The notes beneath the pieces are model-generated. The model was not told where the DNA came from and ran no database searches. It was given only the letters and a program-made list of their open reading frames with translations. The position numbers were made by a program, and so were the translations under genes. Below, in pieces: positions 1-11,165 of a stretch of 64,000 nt of DNA. This DNA comes from Nitrospirota bacterium. GTDB lineage: Bacteria > Nitrospirota > Thermodesulfovibrionia > UBA6902. Position 1 is the first letter of the stretch. Each line of letters opens with the position of its first letter. The stretch lies in assembly GCA_016207885.1 (NCBI GenBank), contig JACQZE010000005.1:197158-261157 (forward strand). Direction: 5' to 3'.

Positions 1-818
1 AATGTAATTATGAAGATCAAGAGCGCGGCCCAGCCGATGAGCTTTCTTTTTTTATCAAGCTCGACCATCTCGTATACAACCGGCGGATGCCTGTAACCGA
101 TTATTATCATCAGCACAGCCCATAGCATCCAGCCTGTCCAGAAGAATGCGCCCATAATTGCCAGCAGCGGGATTGTTATCTTTGAGATGATCTCATGCTT
201 TCTGCCGAAGAGCGCGTAGATAATATGGCCGCCGTCAAGTTGTCCGACAGGCAGAAGGTTGAGCGCGGTAACGAGCAGGCCTATCCATCCTGCGAATGCG
301 ACAGGATGCAGGACCACTTCAAATTTATCAGGGTCTATGTTCAGGACAATATTGGAAAGAAAATAAAAGAGCATTGAACTGCCGAGAGACATCGCCTCAG
401 GCATCTTATTCATCTCATCTATCGGGATTATTGTGGAGAGCTTCAGTCCTATGATGACAGCGACAACCGCAACCAGAAATCCGCCTATCGGGCCTGAAGC
501 GCCAATATCTATGAGCGCCCTTCTGTCTGGTATCGGCGGCTTCATCTTTATTATCGCCCCGAATGTTCCTATGAGTGACGGCGCCGGGATGAAGTATGGA
601 AGCGAGGCTTGTACATGATGTTTACGGGACATGAAGTAGTGCGAGAACTCATGTACTAAAAGGATAAAGAGCAAAGTCAGGGAGAACGGCAGGCCCATAT
701 ATATCTTTGCAGGTTCCTCCCACGGGGCGATGCCGCTTAGCATAACTCCTGCGAGGGTGGTTGTGATAAAGGTGAGGATAAAGAGAAGGACGTGAATGCG
801 TGTCAGGTTATGCGGCAT
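1..818 (-). CDS. Site-2 protease (peptidase M50, RseP-like). N-terminal part only; the C-terminus runs off the window start.
   Basis: Reverse-strand translation from the ATG at 816-818 reads MPHNLTRIHVLLFILTF...LVHEFSHYFMSRKH (HExxH) ... NLLPVGQLDGGHIIYALFG (LDG motif). There is no stop before position 1, so the ORF track omits it as unterminated. Confidence 0.75.
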   Translation of the reverse strand, partial: MPHNLTRIHVLLFILTFITTTLAGVMLSGIAPWEEPAKIYMGLPFSLTLLFILLVHEFSHYFMSRKHHVQASLPYFIPAPSLIGTFGAIIKMKPPIPDRRALIDIGASGPIGGFLVAVVAVIIGLKLSTIIPIDEMNKMPEAMSLGSSMLFYFLSNIVLNIDPDKFEVVLHPVAFAGWIGLLVTALNLLPVGQLDGGHIIYALFGRKHEIISKITIPLLAIMGAFFWTGWMLWAVLMIIIGYRHPPVVYEMVELDKKRKLIGWAALLIFIIT

Positions 819-1305
819 GTTTGATCTTCTTGTATCTCCTGGCTACCCCCAGAATGATAAAGTAGCTTGCGATCGATGAAAGAGTACATACTATAAAAGA
901 GCCTACAAAAAAAGATTTGATCAGCGGCATCAGGTCGAGTATAAGATTGAAAAAATTATCAGAATCCGTTACGAGGCTCTTAAGCCATGCCATGACCGTA
1001 GTGAATGTCATGGCGTTCCAATCCACTTCAGGAAGGACATCTTTTATCATAAGGATCTTTGCTCCGAGCCATACAGAAAATGTGGAGATCGGCACAATGG
1101 TCCACGGGTTGTTGACGCTCACCCCTACAAAAGCAACCAGTTTGTTCAGGCGGAATATCCACGCGAGAAAGATGCCTCCTACATAGTGAAGGCCGAGGAA
1201 TGGCGAGTTGCCCATGAATACCCCGAGTGCAAACGCAAGCGCGATGCGGTGCGGCGTCTCATGCACCTGCATTATGCTTTTGAATTTGTCTCTGAGATAA
1301 GCCAT
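808..1305 (-). CDS. DUF2062-like small membrane protein
   Basis: 165-aa ORF with hydrophobic helices and an ...ETPHRIALAFALGVFMGNSPFLGLH... motif typical of DUF2062. It overlaps the M50 start by 11 nt. Confidence 0.5.
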   Translation of the reverse strand: MAYLRDKFKSIMQVHETPHRIALAFALGVFMGNSPFLGLHYVGGIFLAWIFRLNKLVAFVGVSVNNPWTIVPISTFSVWLGAKILMIKDVLPEVDWNAMTFTTVMAWLKSLVTDSDNFFNLILDLMPLIKSFFVGSFIVCTLSSIASYFIILGVARRYKKIKHAA

Positions 1306-1325
1306 AAAATAAAATCTCTAATTAT

Positions 1326-1396
1326 GTCATTCCGGCTTGTCCGGAATCACTTTTTCAATATGAATAAGAGCATGATTCCGGACAAGCCGGAATGAC
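1326..1396. repeat. Palindromic intergenic repeat (REP-like): GTCATTCCGGCTTGTCCGGAATC, a 23-nt spacer, then its reverse complement
   Basis: Perfect 23-bp inverted arms. The same element recurs at 44874-44931, and a half-site lies at 42088-42110. Confidence 0.7.
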
Positions 1397-1428
1397 AACC
1401 AGTTAATATGACAACTTAATGATGTGAT

Positions 1429-2379
1429 CTATTTTCTGAAATGCTCGTACCCTTCTGACCTGAACGCCTGTTTTTTGCCGTTGGAGTCTATTATATATCG
1501 TCCCTTATTTATTATCTCCCCGATCCTGAAGGCGTCTTTCCTGTTTTTTGCTGAAGAGCTGAAGAGAAGGACAAAATCCTCTCCGCCTTTTAACGCGTAG
1601 CTGAGCGGGTCTTTGCCTGACTTCTTTGCGACGGCTAATATTTCTTCTGAGAGAGGGATGTTATCAGAATATATAATTGCGCCGGCATCGCTCTCATCAC
1701 ATATGTGGCTTAAGTCTATCAGCAGCCCGTCGCTTACATCGATCATCGCTGTTATATCTTTTGTCTTTTTTAACGGTGCAGGTTCTGGCATCAGGTGGCA
1801 TTTGCAAAGATATTCCTTATCTATCCCTTTCACTCTCTTACCCTTGCCCTGCTTCAATATCTCAAGACCCATTGCCGAGTTGCCGAGGGTTCCGGCCACA
1901 TAGATGCTGTCTCCCGGCTTTGCTCCTTTGCGTGAGATAACCCTCTTTGCTTCTCCTATGATCGTGCCGCTGAGCACAAGGTTATGTTTTGAGCTTGAGG
2001 TGTCTCCGCCGATAACTGCGACTCCGTGCATATCAGCCAGTTTTTTTATGCCCCGATATAGATCTTTGATGTCATTTGCTTCACACCTTTCAGGTATTCC
2101 GATATTCAGGAGAAAGTATTTCGGCTTGCCGCCCATCGCATAGATATCACTCAGGTTAACTGCAAGCACCTTATGCCCGAGTTGATAATAGGAGGTGAAT
2201 TTCAGGTCAAAATGAACGCCTTCAACAAGCATGTCAGAAGAGATCAGGGTTGTTCCAGTCCCTGGCTTTACAGCAGCGGCATCGTCGCCTATGTTCAGCA
2301 GAACATCCTTTGAACTGTTTTTACAGATTCTCTTGATCTTTTTTATCAGGCCGAATTCGCCAAGTTGAGATAGCTTCAT
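1429..2379 (-). CDS. thiL: Thiamine-monophosphate kinase
   Basis: 316 aa of the AIR-synthase-related PurM fold. The N-terminus (EFGLIKKI...LNIGDDAAAV...DMLVEGVHF) is characteristic of ThiL. Confidence 0.8.
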   Translation of the reverse strand: MKLSQLGEFGLIKKIKRICKNSSKDVLLNIGDDAAAVKPGTGTTLISSDMLVEGVHFDLKFTSYYQLGHKVLAVNLSDIYAMGGKPKYFLLNIGIPERCEANDIKDLYRGIKKLADMHGVAVIGGDTSSSKHNLVLSGTIIGEAKRVISRKGAKPGDSIYVAGTLGNSAMGLEILKQGKGKRVKGIDKEYLCKCHLMPEPAPLKKTKDITAMIDVSDGLLIDLSHICDESDAGAIIYSDNIPLSEEILAVAKKSGKDPLSYALKGGEDFVLLFSSSAKNRKDAFRIGEIINKGRYIIDSNGKKQAFRSEGYEHFRK

Positions 2380-2399
2380 GGTTTCATCGGACAGGAAAC

Positions 2400-4805
2400 C
2401 TAATGCGGCCTGTTCTTGCCGCGCCCTTTTTTAAGCGCTGCCTTCAGCACCTCATCCATCGTATCAACAAGGGTGAACTCCATATCTTTTTTTATGTACT
2501 TTGGTATCTCTTCCAGGTCCTTCTGGTTTCTTTTCGGAATGATCATCCTGCTTATGCCCATCCTCTTTGCCGCAAGAGTCTTCTCCTTAAGCCCGCCTAT
2601 CGGCAGCACCCTGCCTCTCAGCGTTACCTCTCCTGTCATAGCGGTGCTCTTGTAAACAGGCCTTCCGGTAAATGCCGATGCAATGGCAGTTGCCAGGGTT
2701 ATGCCTGCTGAAGGGCCGTCTTTAGGTATGGCTCCCGCGGGAACATGTATATGAATATCATTTTTTGCAAAGGCGGTGCTCTCTATGCCTATCTCATTTG
2801 CCTTTGAACGTATATAGCTTCTTGCGGCATAAGCAGACTCCTTCATTACATCGCCTAACTGGCCGGTGAGCGTTATATCGCCTTTGCCCTTCATTATCGT
2901 GGCTTCTATATAGATAATATCTCCGCCGGTCTCTGTCCATGCAAGGCCGGTTGATACGCCGACCTCATCTTTTTCCATCTCTTCTTCCGGCAAATATTTC
3001 GGAGCGCCTAAATATTTTGAGAGGTTAACCGAGGAAATGTGATATATCTTATCCTTGCCCTCTGCGATCTTTCTGGCGACCTTTCTGCACACGTTCGCTA
3101 CCTCACGCTCAAGATTCCTTACGCCGGCTTCTCTTGTGTAGTGCGTCACCATCTGGATTACCGCGCTGTCGGCTATCTTCAGGTTCTTTTCGGTAAGCCC
3201 GTGCTCTTCAAGCTGCTTTGTGATCAGATAGTTTCTGGCGATGCCGAGCTTCTCCTCAGCCGTATACCCGGAGAGGTATATTATCTCCATCCTGTCCCGA
3301 AGCGGAGACGGTATCGGATCGATAAGGTTGGCTGTGGTTATGAACATTACATTGGTCAGGTCAAAAGGCACGCCGAGGTAATGGTCTGTAAACGCAAAGT
3401 TCTGCTCAGGGTCAAGCACCTCAAGCAACGCGGAAGCCGGGTCGCCCCTGAAGTCCATGCCTATCTTGTCGACCTCATCGAGCATGAAGACAGGGTTGTT
3501 CTTTCCTGCTGCCTTGATGCCCTGAATTATCCTTCCGGGCATAGCGCCGACATATGTCCTTCTGTGCCCCCTTATCTCAGCCTCATCCCTCACTCCGCCT
3601 AAAGACATTCTGAAGAACTCTCTTCCAAGCGCGCGCGCAATGGATTTCCCCAATGATGTCTTGCCGACGCCCGGAGGCCCGACGAAGCATAGTATGGGGC
3701 CCTTCATCCCGGACTTTCCCTTGGCCTTTTCTTTAAGTTTTCTTACACCGAGGTATTCAAGTATCCTCTCTTTTACCTTCTCAAGGTCATAATGGTCTTC
3801 ATCAAGCACCTGTTTTCCCTTTTTGAGGTCAAGGTTATCCTTTGTTGCCTTGGACCACGGGATCTCCACGAGCCAGTCAACATAGGTCCTTATCGTCCCT
3901 GCCTCGGCAGAGTCGGGATGCATCTTCTCAAGCCGGCTGATCTGCTTGAGCGCCTCCTTTTCGACCTTCTTAGGCATCTTCACTTCTTCGACCTTCTGTT
4001 TCAGTTCAAATATCTCCTCGGTCTTTTCATCTATCTCGCCAAGCTCTTTCTGTATGGCCTTAAGCTGCTCTCTGAGGAAGTATTCGCGCTGGGTCTTGTC
4101 TATCTCTCCCTTTGCGTCTGACTGGATCTTCTGCTGGACAAGAAGGAGTTCCACCTCTCTGCTGAGGATCTCGCTTATTCTCTTAAGCCTCATTACAGGA
4201 TCAAGTTTCTCAAGGAGTTCCTGCGCCTGATCCGCCTTTAATCCGAGGTTTGAAGCTATGAGGTCGGCAAGCCTTCCGGGTTCGTCGATATTCTCTATCA
4301 GCAGAATTATATCCGGCATAAAGGATTTGCCGAGCGCCACTGATTTATCCAGCAGCTCCTTGACGTTGCGGATAAGCGCTTCAACCTCGATGGTCAGCTC
4401 ATGCTCTTTAGTGTCAGCCAGCTTCTCTATCTCTCCTATGAAATAAGGGTCTGTCTGTGTAAAATTGGTTATCCTTGCCTTTGTTATGCCCTGAACAAGG
4501 ACCTTTGACCTGCCGTCCGGGAGTTTTAAAGTCCTTAGGATACTGCCTACAGTTCCGATCCTGTAAAGGTCATCTTTGGTAGGGTTCTCAACATCAACAT
4601 TCTTCTGTGTGACAAGCATTAAAAGCTTGTTCTCTCCCACGGCATTCTCAATAGCCTTTATCGAAACATCCCTGCCGACGAATAACGGAAGTATCATATA
4701 CGGGAAGATAACTATATCTCTCACAGGGAGCACAGGCAAGGCAGAAGGAACCTCGACATTGCGTTCATCCTTTGCATTGATCTCTTTTGCGTCTATATCA
4801 GTCAT
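2400..4805 (-). CDS. lon: ATP-dependent Lon protease
   Basis: 801 aa with a Lon N-domain, a AAA+ Walker A (GPPGVGKTS) and a C-terminal Ser protease domain ([10 protein letters not shown]). Confidence 0.95.
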   Translation of the reverse strand: MTDIDAKEINAKDERNVEVPSALPVLPVRDIVIFPYMILPLFVGRDVSIKAIENAVGENKLLMLVTQKNVDVENPTKDDLYRIGTVGSILRTLKLPDGRSKVLVQGITKARITNFTQTDPYFIGEIEKLADTKEHELTIEVEALIRNVKELLDKSVALGKSFMPDIILLIENIDEPGRLADLIASNLGLKADQAQELLEKLDPVMRLKRISEILSREVELLLVQQKIQSDAKGEIDKTQREYFLREQLKAIQKELGEIDEKTEEIFELKQKVEEVKMPKKVEKEALKQISRLEKMHPDSAEAGTIRTYVDWLVEIPWSKATKDNLDLKKGKQVLDEDHYDLEKVKERILEYLGVRKLKEKAKGKSGMKGPILCFVGPPGVGKTSLGKSIARALGREFFRMSLGGVRDEAEIRGHRRTYVGAMPGRIIQGIKAAGKNNPVFMLDEVDKIGMDFRGDPASALLEVLDPEQNFAFTDHYLGVPFDLTNVMFITTANLIDPIPSPLRDRMEIIYLSGYTAEEKLGIARNYLITKQLEEHGLTEKNLKIADSAVIQMVTHYTREAGVRNLEREVANVCRKVARKIAEGKDKIYHISSVNLSKYLGAPKYLPEEEMEKDEVGVSTGLAWTETGGDIIYIEATIMKGKGDITLTGQLGDVMKESAYAARSYIRSKANEIGIESTAFAKNDIHIHVPAGAIPKDGPSAGITLATAIASAFTGRPVYKSTAMTGEVTLRGRVLPIGGLKEKTLAAKRMGISRMIIPKRNQKDLEEIPKYIKKDMEFTLVDTMDEVLKAALKKGRGKNRPH

Positions 4806-5701
4806 TGTTTCTCCTTTTGGATTTTGGGCAGTATCGACAACAGATATTTTCTGAAATCGTTTTTTACAGCCGGGTTCTTGAGGCCGAGCTCAACCGTGGC
4901 CGTGAGAAATCCGACCTTGTCGCCGGCGTCATATCTTTTGCCTTCAAAGAGGAAACCGTAAACAGGTTTCTTCTTCAGCATCGCGTTTATCGCGTCGGTC
5001 AGCTGGATCTCTCCGCTTTTTCCGGGCTTGACCTTTTCTATATATTTGAAGATGTCGGCGGTAAGTATATACCTTCCTATGATCGCGAGATCGGACGGGG
5101 CGTCAGCCGCTTTCGGTTTTTCCACCATGCCCGTTACCTTATACAGGTTCTTCTTTATCTCTCTGCCGGCTATTACCCCGTAATTATGTATCTCTGATCC
5201 CGGCATCCTCTCCAGCGCCAGTATCGGCGTCTGGTATTGATCGTAAAGCTTTATCATCTTTCCAAGCAGGTCATCGTCAGGGTCTATTATATCATCGCTC
5301 AGGATGACTGCAAACGGCTCATCATTTACAAAAGGTTTTGAACAGTAGATGGCATGGCCGAGCCCTAACGGAGCGTTCTGCCTTATATAAGCAAAATGAA
5401 GGTGGTCTAACTTTTTGATCTCCGCAAGCATGGCGTGCTTGCCCTTCTTTTTAAGTGTCTCCTCAAGTTCAAACGCGGAATCAAAGTGGTTTTCGATCGC
5501 CCTCTTTGATTTGCCGGTAATCATTATGAATTCATTGATTTCGCATTTCTGAGCCTCTTCAACCGCATATTGGATCATGGGTTTATCAACGATCGGAAGC
5601 ATCTCTTTTGGAGACGCTTTTGTCGCAGGCAGAAACCTTGTTCCCAGGCCAGCAGCCGGAAAAACAGCTTTTTTTATCTTGCTTCTGGTTTTTTTAGGCA
5701 T
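4802..5701 (-). CDS. galU: UTP--glucose-1-phosphate uridylyltransferase
   Basis: 299 aa with an N-terminal [34 protein letters not shown] signature. It overlaps the lon stop by 4 nt. Confidence 0.9.
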   Translation of the reverse strand: MPKKTRSKIKKAVFPAAGLGTRFLPATKASPKEMLPIVDKPMIQYAVEEAQKCEINEFIMITGKSKRAIENHFDSAFELEETLKKKGKHAMLAEIKKLDHLHFAYIRQNAPLGLGHAIYCSKPFVNDEPFAVILSDDIIDPDDDLLGKMIKLYDQYQTPILALERMPGSEIHNYGVIAGREIKKNLYKVTGMVEKPKAADAPSDLAIIGRYILTADIFKYIEKVKPGKSGEIQLTDAINAMLKKKPVYGFLFEGKRYDAGDKVGFLTATVELGLKNPAVKNDFRKYLLSILPKIQKEKQ

Positions 5702-5970
5702 TTAGAACTCCTGAATAAGCTATGGGTTTAAGACGTAAATATTCTACCATGTATATATAGTTAATGAAAGCAGCAGAATATATAACTTTATTCTACAGTT
5801 ATGCAAATACCTGCCATTATTTTGATAGTCTGGACATTTCTATTTTGGTTTGACATGTATGGATAAGTGTTGTTGTAAAGTCATTTATTCTAAGCGTATA
5901 CTAACACACAGGGTTAGCGGCACAAACTTAAGATTAAAATTTTTTTACTATCCTCATGCGAACATATTAA

Positions 5971-7344
5971 ATGAAAAAATCATTATTTATTACCGGATCC
6001 AGTGGTTTTATATCGGGCAATTTCATTCAAAAACTTAACCTTGCTGATTTTGAGCAAATATTATGTATCAGCAGGAAAGAGAGCGCAGTTACAGATTCTC
6101 TTTCAAAATACGGTAATTTTAAGTTCATAAAAGGGGATATATTCGTCCCTGAACTCTACAAAGAATATCTTCCATCAATTGACACTGTAGTACATTTTGC
6201 CGCAGTTACAGGAAAGGCCATGCCGGAGGAATACTTCAGAACGAATTTAGCTGCAACAGAGGCACTTCTTAAGGAGTGTGTACGGTGCGGAGTTAAGAAC
6301 TTTCTGTTTGTCAGCTCAATAGCTGTTAAATTCCCGGATATCTCCAGGTATTACTATGCGCAGTCAAAGCTTAAGGCAGAGGAGCTCGTTAGAAAAAGCG
6401 GGCTTAACTATTCGATAGTTAGGCCAGCAATAGTGATAGGAAAGGGCTCCTCTATATTAGAGAGTTTTGTGAAGGTTGCCAAGATGCCACTGTCACTTAT
6501 ATTCGGCAATGGAAAAACAAAGATACAGCCGATATATACAGACGATCTTTCAGAATGTTTTCAGCATATAATTAACGAGGATATATTCAATAATGAAATA
6601 TATGAGCTCGGCGGCCCTGAGATACTGACCATTGATGAGTTTGTAACAAAGATAGCCGGTAGTTATCTGGGCAGGGCGCCAAAATTGATCCATTTCCCCT
6701 TAGGGCTTCTGGTACCGGTTCTTTCAGTGCTTGAGAAATTCATTTATTCAGCGCTGCCTTTTAATGTAGGCCAGCTCTCTTCTTTCCGTTTTGACGGCAC
6801 TATCTCTGAAAACAGGGTGTTTTCTGACATGTCGCTTCATATGAAAAATGTTGATGAAATGCTTGCGCTGAGCGCTGAAAAAAAAACTTCTGCCGATGCA
6901 GATAAACTAAAAAAAGAATGCGCTGTATTCTCACTTTATCTTATATGCAGGAATCCTGATGAATATGTGACTGGCAAGTATAAAGATGCTCACATCGCGG
7001 GTGTTGTTGCTAATGACTCAGGGCTGAAGCAGTTTGACAGTTTTTTGGCAAGGGCGGCCGGCTTCCACCCGATACTTACAAAACTCGCAGACGTATACAC
7101 AAGCGTTTTTTTTAAAGGTTCTGTCCTCAGGAAAAAACTGGTGCTTCTCCTTGCCATTATTGAAAGCAGCGCCCCGGCATCCTTCTATTTTGATTCAGCG
7201 CCGAGATCCGCCAGGCTCGCTGTCCTGGGCAGGTTCTTAAGGAGTGCGATATTTTTTACTCTCAGCCTGTTAGTATCTTTTGTAATATTCTCACCTTTTC
7301 ATCTGTTTTACAAAGCAACTTCAGGAGATAAAAATGAAGGCTGA
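5971..7344 (+). CDS. NAD(P)-dependent epimerase/dehydratase-family protein with a ~150-aa C-terminal extension of unknown function
   Basis: N-terminal Rossmann GxxGxxG motif (ITGSSGFISGNF) and an SDR-like Y...K region. The C-terminal third matches no family I recognise. Confidence 0.65.
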   Translation: MKKSLFITGSSGFISGNFIQKLNLADFEQILCISRKESAVTDSLSKYGNFKFIKGDIFVPELYKEYLPSIDTVVHFAAVTGKAMPEEYFRTNLAATEALLKECVRCGVKNFLFVSSIAVKFPDISRYYYAQSKLKAEELVRKSGLNYSIVRPAIVIGKGSSILESFVKVAKMPLSLIFGNGKTKIQPIYTDDLSECFQHIINEDIFNNEIYELGGPEILTIDEFVTKIAGSYLGRAPKLIHFPLGLLVPVLSVLEKFIYSALPFNVGQLSSFRFDGTISENRVFSDMSLHMKNVDEMLALSAEKKTSADADKLKKECAVFSLYLICRNPDEYVTGKYKDAHIAGVVANDSGLKQFDSFLARAAGFHPILTKLADVYTSVFFKGSVLRKKLVLLLAIIESSAPASFYFDSAPRSARLAVLGRFLRSAIFFTLSLLVSFVIFSPFHLFYKATSGDKNEG

Positions 7345-8948
7345 TGGATAAGATTGTAATTGTCGGATCAGGAGCAAGCGGTGTTAATTTCACCCTTTCA
7401 TTGCTTAAGAAAGGCTATGAGGTGACCATGCTTGATGTCGGCTACAGGAAGGCTGAACCGGTAAGCCCGGAGAGCAGTTTCATTGAACTGAAAAGCCGGC
7501 TTGATGACCCGGTCAAATATTTTCTCGGCAGTGATTATGAGGCAGTTCTCTTTCCGGGCAATGAATCCGAGTACTATGGTTTCCCCCCGAGCAAAAATCA
7601 TGTCTTCAGAAAACCCGGCAATTTCAGTTTCAGCGCTGATGGTTTTGCGCCTTTATTCTCTTTTGCGAGGGGCGGGCTTGCTGAGGCATGGACAGCAGGC
7701 GTGGACCCGTTTAATTCCCATGAGTTAGAGGACTTTCCATTCAAATATGAAGACATTGAGCCTTATTACAGCGAGATAGCCGGCCGCATAGGAATTACCG
7801 GAGCTGAGGATGACCTGGTAAGGTTCACGCCTTTCCATTCCAACATAATGACTCCGCTGAAGACGGATGAGCATACCGGCCTTTTTCTCTCTGATTATGA
7901 GAAGGCTAAAAGCTCCATCAACAAGAAACATGGCTGTTATATAGGACGTTCCAGGACAGCTACCATAAGCAGTGATAAAGACAACCGTAAGGGGTGCAGG
8001 TACTGCGGAAGGTGCCTGTGGGGATGCCCGATTGAATCCATTTATACTCCTTCCATTACACTGGCGCAATGCATGCAGTACCCAGAGTTTAAATATGTTC
8101 CAGGCTCCTATGTGACACATTTTAAATTTGATTCCAAAAGACGTATCACAGGTGTCGTTGCCGTTTCAGGAAATGAGACGCTGGAATTCCCTTTAAGCAG
8201 GCTCGTGCTGGCAGCGGGCACGCTCTCTTCCTCCGAGATATTTATGAACTCAATATTCAAAGGTTCCGGAGAGATAGTCAAACTCCATGGACTGATGGAT
8301 AACCGTCAGGTCTTCATGCCTTTTATAAACCTTAAAATGGCAGGTAAGCCCTATAACCCGGAAAGCTACCAGTACCATCAGCTTGCGCTGGGCATGGAGA
8401 GTGAAAACCCAAAGGAAGATATACATGCGCATATCACCATGCTGAAGACCGCGCTGGTACATCCTATAATCCAGAACATGTTCTTTGACCTTAAAGCATC
8501 ATCTTTATTTTTCAGGGATGTCCATTCAGCGCTTGGAATCGTAAATATTAATTTTTCCGACTCAAGAAGGCAGGATAATTACGTTACGCTTGATGTAGAC
8601 AAAAAGACCCGGCGTTCAAGGCTGGCGATCCATTATTCTCCGGTGGAGCGTGAAGGGGCGATTATAAAGAAGACCGTTAAAGAGGTTAGCAGGGTTCTTT
8701 TGAGGCTCGGATGTCTGTCTCCGTCCAAGACGATACATATTCGCCCCCCCGGGGCCAGTGTTCATTATTCCGGAACCTTGCCTGCGGCGGAAGGGAAAAA
8801 ACCATTTACTGTGTCGGAGTTTTGTCAAAGCAATGATTTTGATAATCTATATTTTATAGATGGAACGACCCTCGGTTTTCTGCCTTCAAAGAATGTGACG
8901 TTTACTCTTATGGCCAACGCCATCAGAGTTGCGGAATGCGTTTTTTGA
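7344..8948 (+). CDS. FAD-dependent (GMC-family-like) oxidoreductase
   Basis: N-terminal FAD dinucleotide fold (IVIVGSGASGVNFTLSLLKKG), a Cys cluster (CRYCGRCLWGCP) and a C-terminal GMC-like region. Its start overlaps the upstream stop (TGATG), which suggests translational coupling. Confidence 0.55.
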   Translation: MDKIVIVGSGASGVNFTLSLLKKGYEVTMLDVGYRKAEPVSPESSFIELKSRLDDPVKYFLGSDYEAVLFPGNESEYYGFPPSKNHVFRKPGNFSFSADGFAPLFSFARGGLAEAWTAGVDPFNSHELEDFPFKYEDIEPYYSEIAGRIGITGAEDDLVRFTPFHSNIMTPLKTDEHTGLFLSDYEKAKSSINKKHGCYIGRSRTATISSDKDNRKGCRYCGRCLWGCPIESIYTPSITLAQCMQYPEFKYVPGSYVTHFKFDSKRRITGVVAVSGNETLEFPLSRLVLAAGTLSSSEIFMNSIFKGSGEIVKLHGLMDNRQVFMPFINLKMAGKPYNPESYQYHQLALGMESENPKEDIHAHITMLKTALVHPIIQNMFFDLKASSLFFRDVHSALGIVNINFSDSRRQDNYVTLDVDKKTRRSRLAIHYSPVEREGAIIKKTVKEVSRVLLRLGCLSPSKTIHIRPPGASVHYSGTLPAAEGKKPFTVSEFCQSNDFDNLYFIDGTTLGFLPSKNVTFTLMANAIRVAECVF

Positions 8949-9091
8949 ATAAGTGTTATTAAATATTTACTAATTACAATTGATGATAGCCTATGTCATT
9001 TTGTTATGTATGCCCGGCATTTCTGCATGGCAAGGTTGGATACAGGGAATGCCATGTTGTCATTATCATCTCATTATGCTACATTTCGGAC

Positions 9092-9487
9092 ATGGACCTT
9101 ACTGACGACGGACACTGTTTTGTTTGCGGGCCTAAGAATCCGATCGGACTTAAACTGGATTTCTCCTTTGACGGAAAGATGATATCGGCGGATTTCACCC
9201 CGAAAAAAGAGCATCAGGGATACTTCAATATAGTGCACGGCGGGATTATAACAACACTGCTTGATGAGGCGATGGTAAAGCTCGTCATCGCGATGGGAAT
9301 GCCTTCTGTTACCGCGCAAATGGACGTCCGCCTGAAAAAGCCTTTAAATGTGGGCGTCCGGATAACTGTGACGGCTGAGATATTAAAAGAGACCAGAAAG
9401 ACTATCGAGGCTTATGCAAAGGCCGTAACTTCTGATGGTGTTGTTATAGCTGATGCGAAGGGGAAACTGGTGAAGGTTTCAAATTAA
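9092..9487 (+). CDS. PaaI/hotdog-fold thioesterase
   Basis: The ...[14 protein letters not shown]...[13 protein letters not shown] motif marks a 4HBT/PaaI thioesterase. I place the start at the internal ATG at 9092 rather than the ORF-track start. Confidence 0.65.
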   Translation: MDLTDDGHCFVCGPKNPIGLKLDFSFDGKMISADFTPKKEHQGYFNIVHGGIITTLLDEAMVKLVIAMGMPSVTAQMDVRLKKPLNVGVRITVTAEILKETRKTIEAYAKAVTSDGVVIADAKGKLVKVSN

Positions 9488-9927
9488 TATCTCTTCTCAA
9501 AATAATCCTCAAGTATCTGCCTGTGGTCAAATGCTATATCATCGGGAAGTGTATCTCTAAAAAAGATCTCTGCCTCTTTTGCGTCATCACCTGCTTTGGG
9601 CGTGCCTGAAGCGGTCGCAATGAATATGGTTGAAACTGTATGGTGGCGCGGGTCTCTTTTAGGGTCTGAATAGGTGTGGAATTGACGGACAAGTTTTACA
9701 TCCAGCCCTGTCTCTTCTTTAGCTTCCCTGATAACAGCATCTTCAATCGTTTCTCCGTAATCAACAAAACCGCCGGGAATCGCCCAGCCTGGAGGCGGGT
9801 TCTTCCTTTTTATAAGGACTATCCCTTTGTTGATCTCGATTATGACATCAACAGTCAGGAATGGATTTCGATATGTCTGTTTCATTATATATGAAGAAAA
9901 ATACCTATCATTGTTTAAGTGGTTCAT
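9484..9927 (-). CDS. NUDIX hydrolase
   Basis: A Nudix box ([24 protein letters not shown]) is present. Confidence 0.85.
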   Translation of the reverse strand: MNHLNNDRYFSSYIMKQTYRNPFLTVDVIIEINKGIVLIKRKNPPPGWAIPGGFVDYGETIEDAVIREAKEETGLDVKLVRQFHTYSDPKRDPRHHTVSTIFIATASGTPKAGDDAKEAEIFFRDTLPDDIAFDHRQILEDYFEKRY

Positions 9928-10050
9928 ATTTTACAGGATTGCTAAACCTGTTGTCTTTTGCCGGTTTCAAAGCTTAAGAATGCTTGCAAAAAACAGGGGA
10001 ACTTGATACATTACACTTTATTAATATTGTTAGTTACAGAGAGAGATAAT

Positions 10051-11118
10051 ATGGCCAAACTCAAATCCCTGAGAAACAAGATAGATGATATAGACAATAC
10101 GATCGTTAAGCTTTTAAACGACAGGGCGAAGATCGTCCTTGATATCAAAGAGGCTAAAAAGGACGACCGGCTCAAGGTCTACTCGCCGACCAGGGAAAGA
10201 GAGATTCTTAAGAGATTAGGAAAGCTCAACACAGGCCCTTTCCCCGGTGACGCGCTTATCGCGCTTTATAAAGAGATACTCTCAACTTCACGCTCACTCC
10301 AGCAGCCGCTGAAGATAGCATACTTCGGCCCGCCTGCGACATTTACGCATCTTGCGGCAAGAAGGCAGTTCGGCGCGTCAGCTGAATATGTCCCGGAAAG
10401 CACGATCAAGGCCATCTTTGAATCTGTAATGAGAGGCAAGGCGCAGTATGGTGTTGTGCCTATTGAGAATTCTACAGAGGGCGTTGTCAACTATACGCTT
10501 GACATGTTCATGGATTCTGACCTGAATATCACCTCTGAAGTTATGCTTCCCATAAGGCATAACCTTATGTCCAAGACAGGCAAAGCTACTGGCATAAAAA
10601 AAATTTACTCCCACCCTCAGCCGATAGCCCAGTGCAGGGGCTGGCTCGAAGAACACTATCCCGGCGTTCCGCTTATAGGCGGGATGAGCACGGCGTCAGC
10701 TGCCAAGCGTGTTGCAAAGGAAACGTCTTCCGCTGCCATAGCAAGCGAACTTGCCGCTGATATTTACAAACTGAAGTTCATTGCAAAGGGCATAGAGGAC
10801 TACAAGAACAACTTCACCCGTTTTCTTGTGATCGCAAAAGATTACCTTCCGAGGACAGGCAATGACAAGACATCCATTATGTTCTCAGTAAAGGACAAGC
10901 CCGGCGCTCTGCATAAGATACTTGAACATTTTGCAAAGCATAAGATAAACCTCACAAAGATCGAGTCAAGGCCGTCCAAGAGGAAGGCGTGGGAGTACAT
11001 ATTCTTTGTTGATATGCAGGGGCATGTAGAGGACCTCAAGGTCAGGAAGGCCATTGATGCCGTAAAAAAGGAATGCCTTTATCTCAAGGTGCTGGGCTCC
11101 TACCCTTTGGCAGATTAG
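10051..11118 (+). CDS. pheA: Bifunctional chorismate mutase / prephenate dehydratase
   Basis: CM_2 domain (LRNKIDDIDNTIVKLLNDRAKIV), a PDT domain and a C-terminal ACT domain. An RBS-like GAGAGAGA precedes the ATG at 10051. Confidence 0.9.
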   Translation: MAKLKSLRNKIDDIDNTIVKLLNDRAKIVLDIKEAKKDDRLKVYSPTREREILKRLGKLNTGPFPGDALIALYKEILSTSRSLQQPLKIAYFGPPATFTHLAARRQFGASAEYVPESTIKAIFESVMRGKAQYGVVPIENSTEGVVNYTLDMFMDSDLNITSEVMLPIRHNLMSKTGKATGIKKIYSHPQPIAQCRGWLEEHYPGVPLIGGMSTASAAKRVAKETSSAAIASELAADIYKLKFIAKGIEDYKNNFTRFLVIAKDYLPRTGNDKTSIMFSVKDKPGALHKILEHFAKHKINLTKIESRPSKRKAWEYIFFVDMQGHVEDLKVRKAIDAVKKECLYLKVLGSYPLAD

Positions 11119-11165
11119 GTTAATATTTCATAAGCATATTTTTCATCAGCAATCCTTTACTCCTT

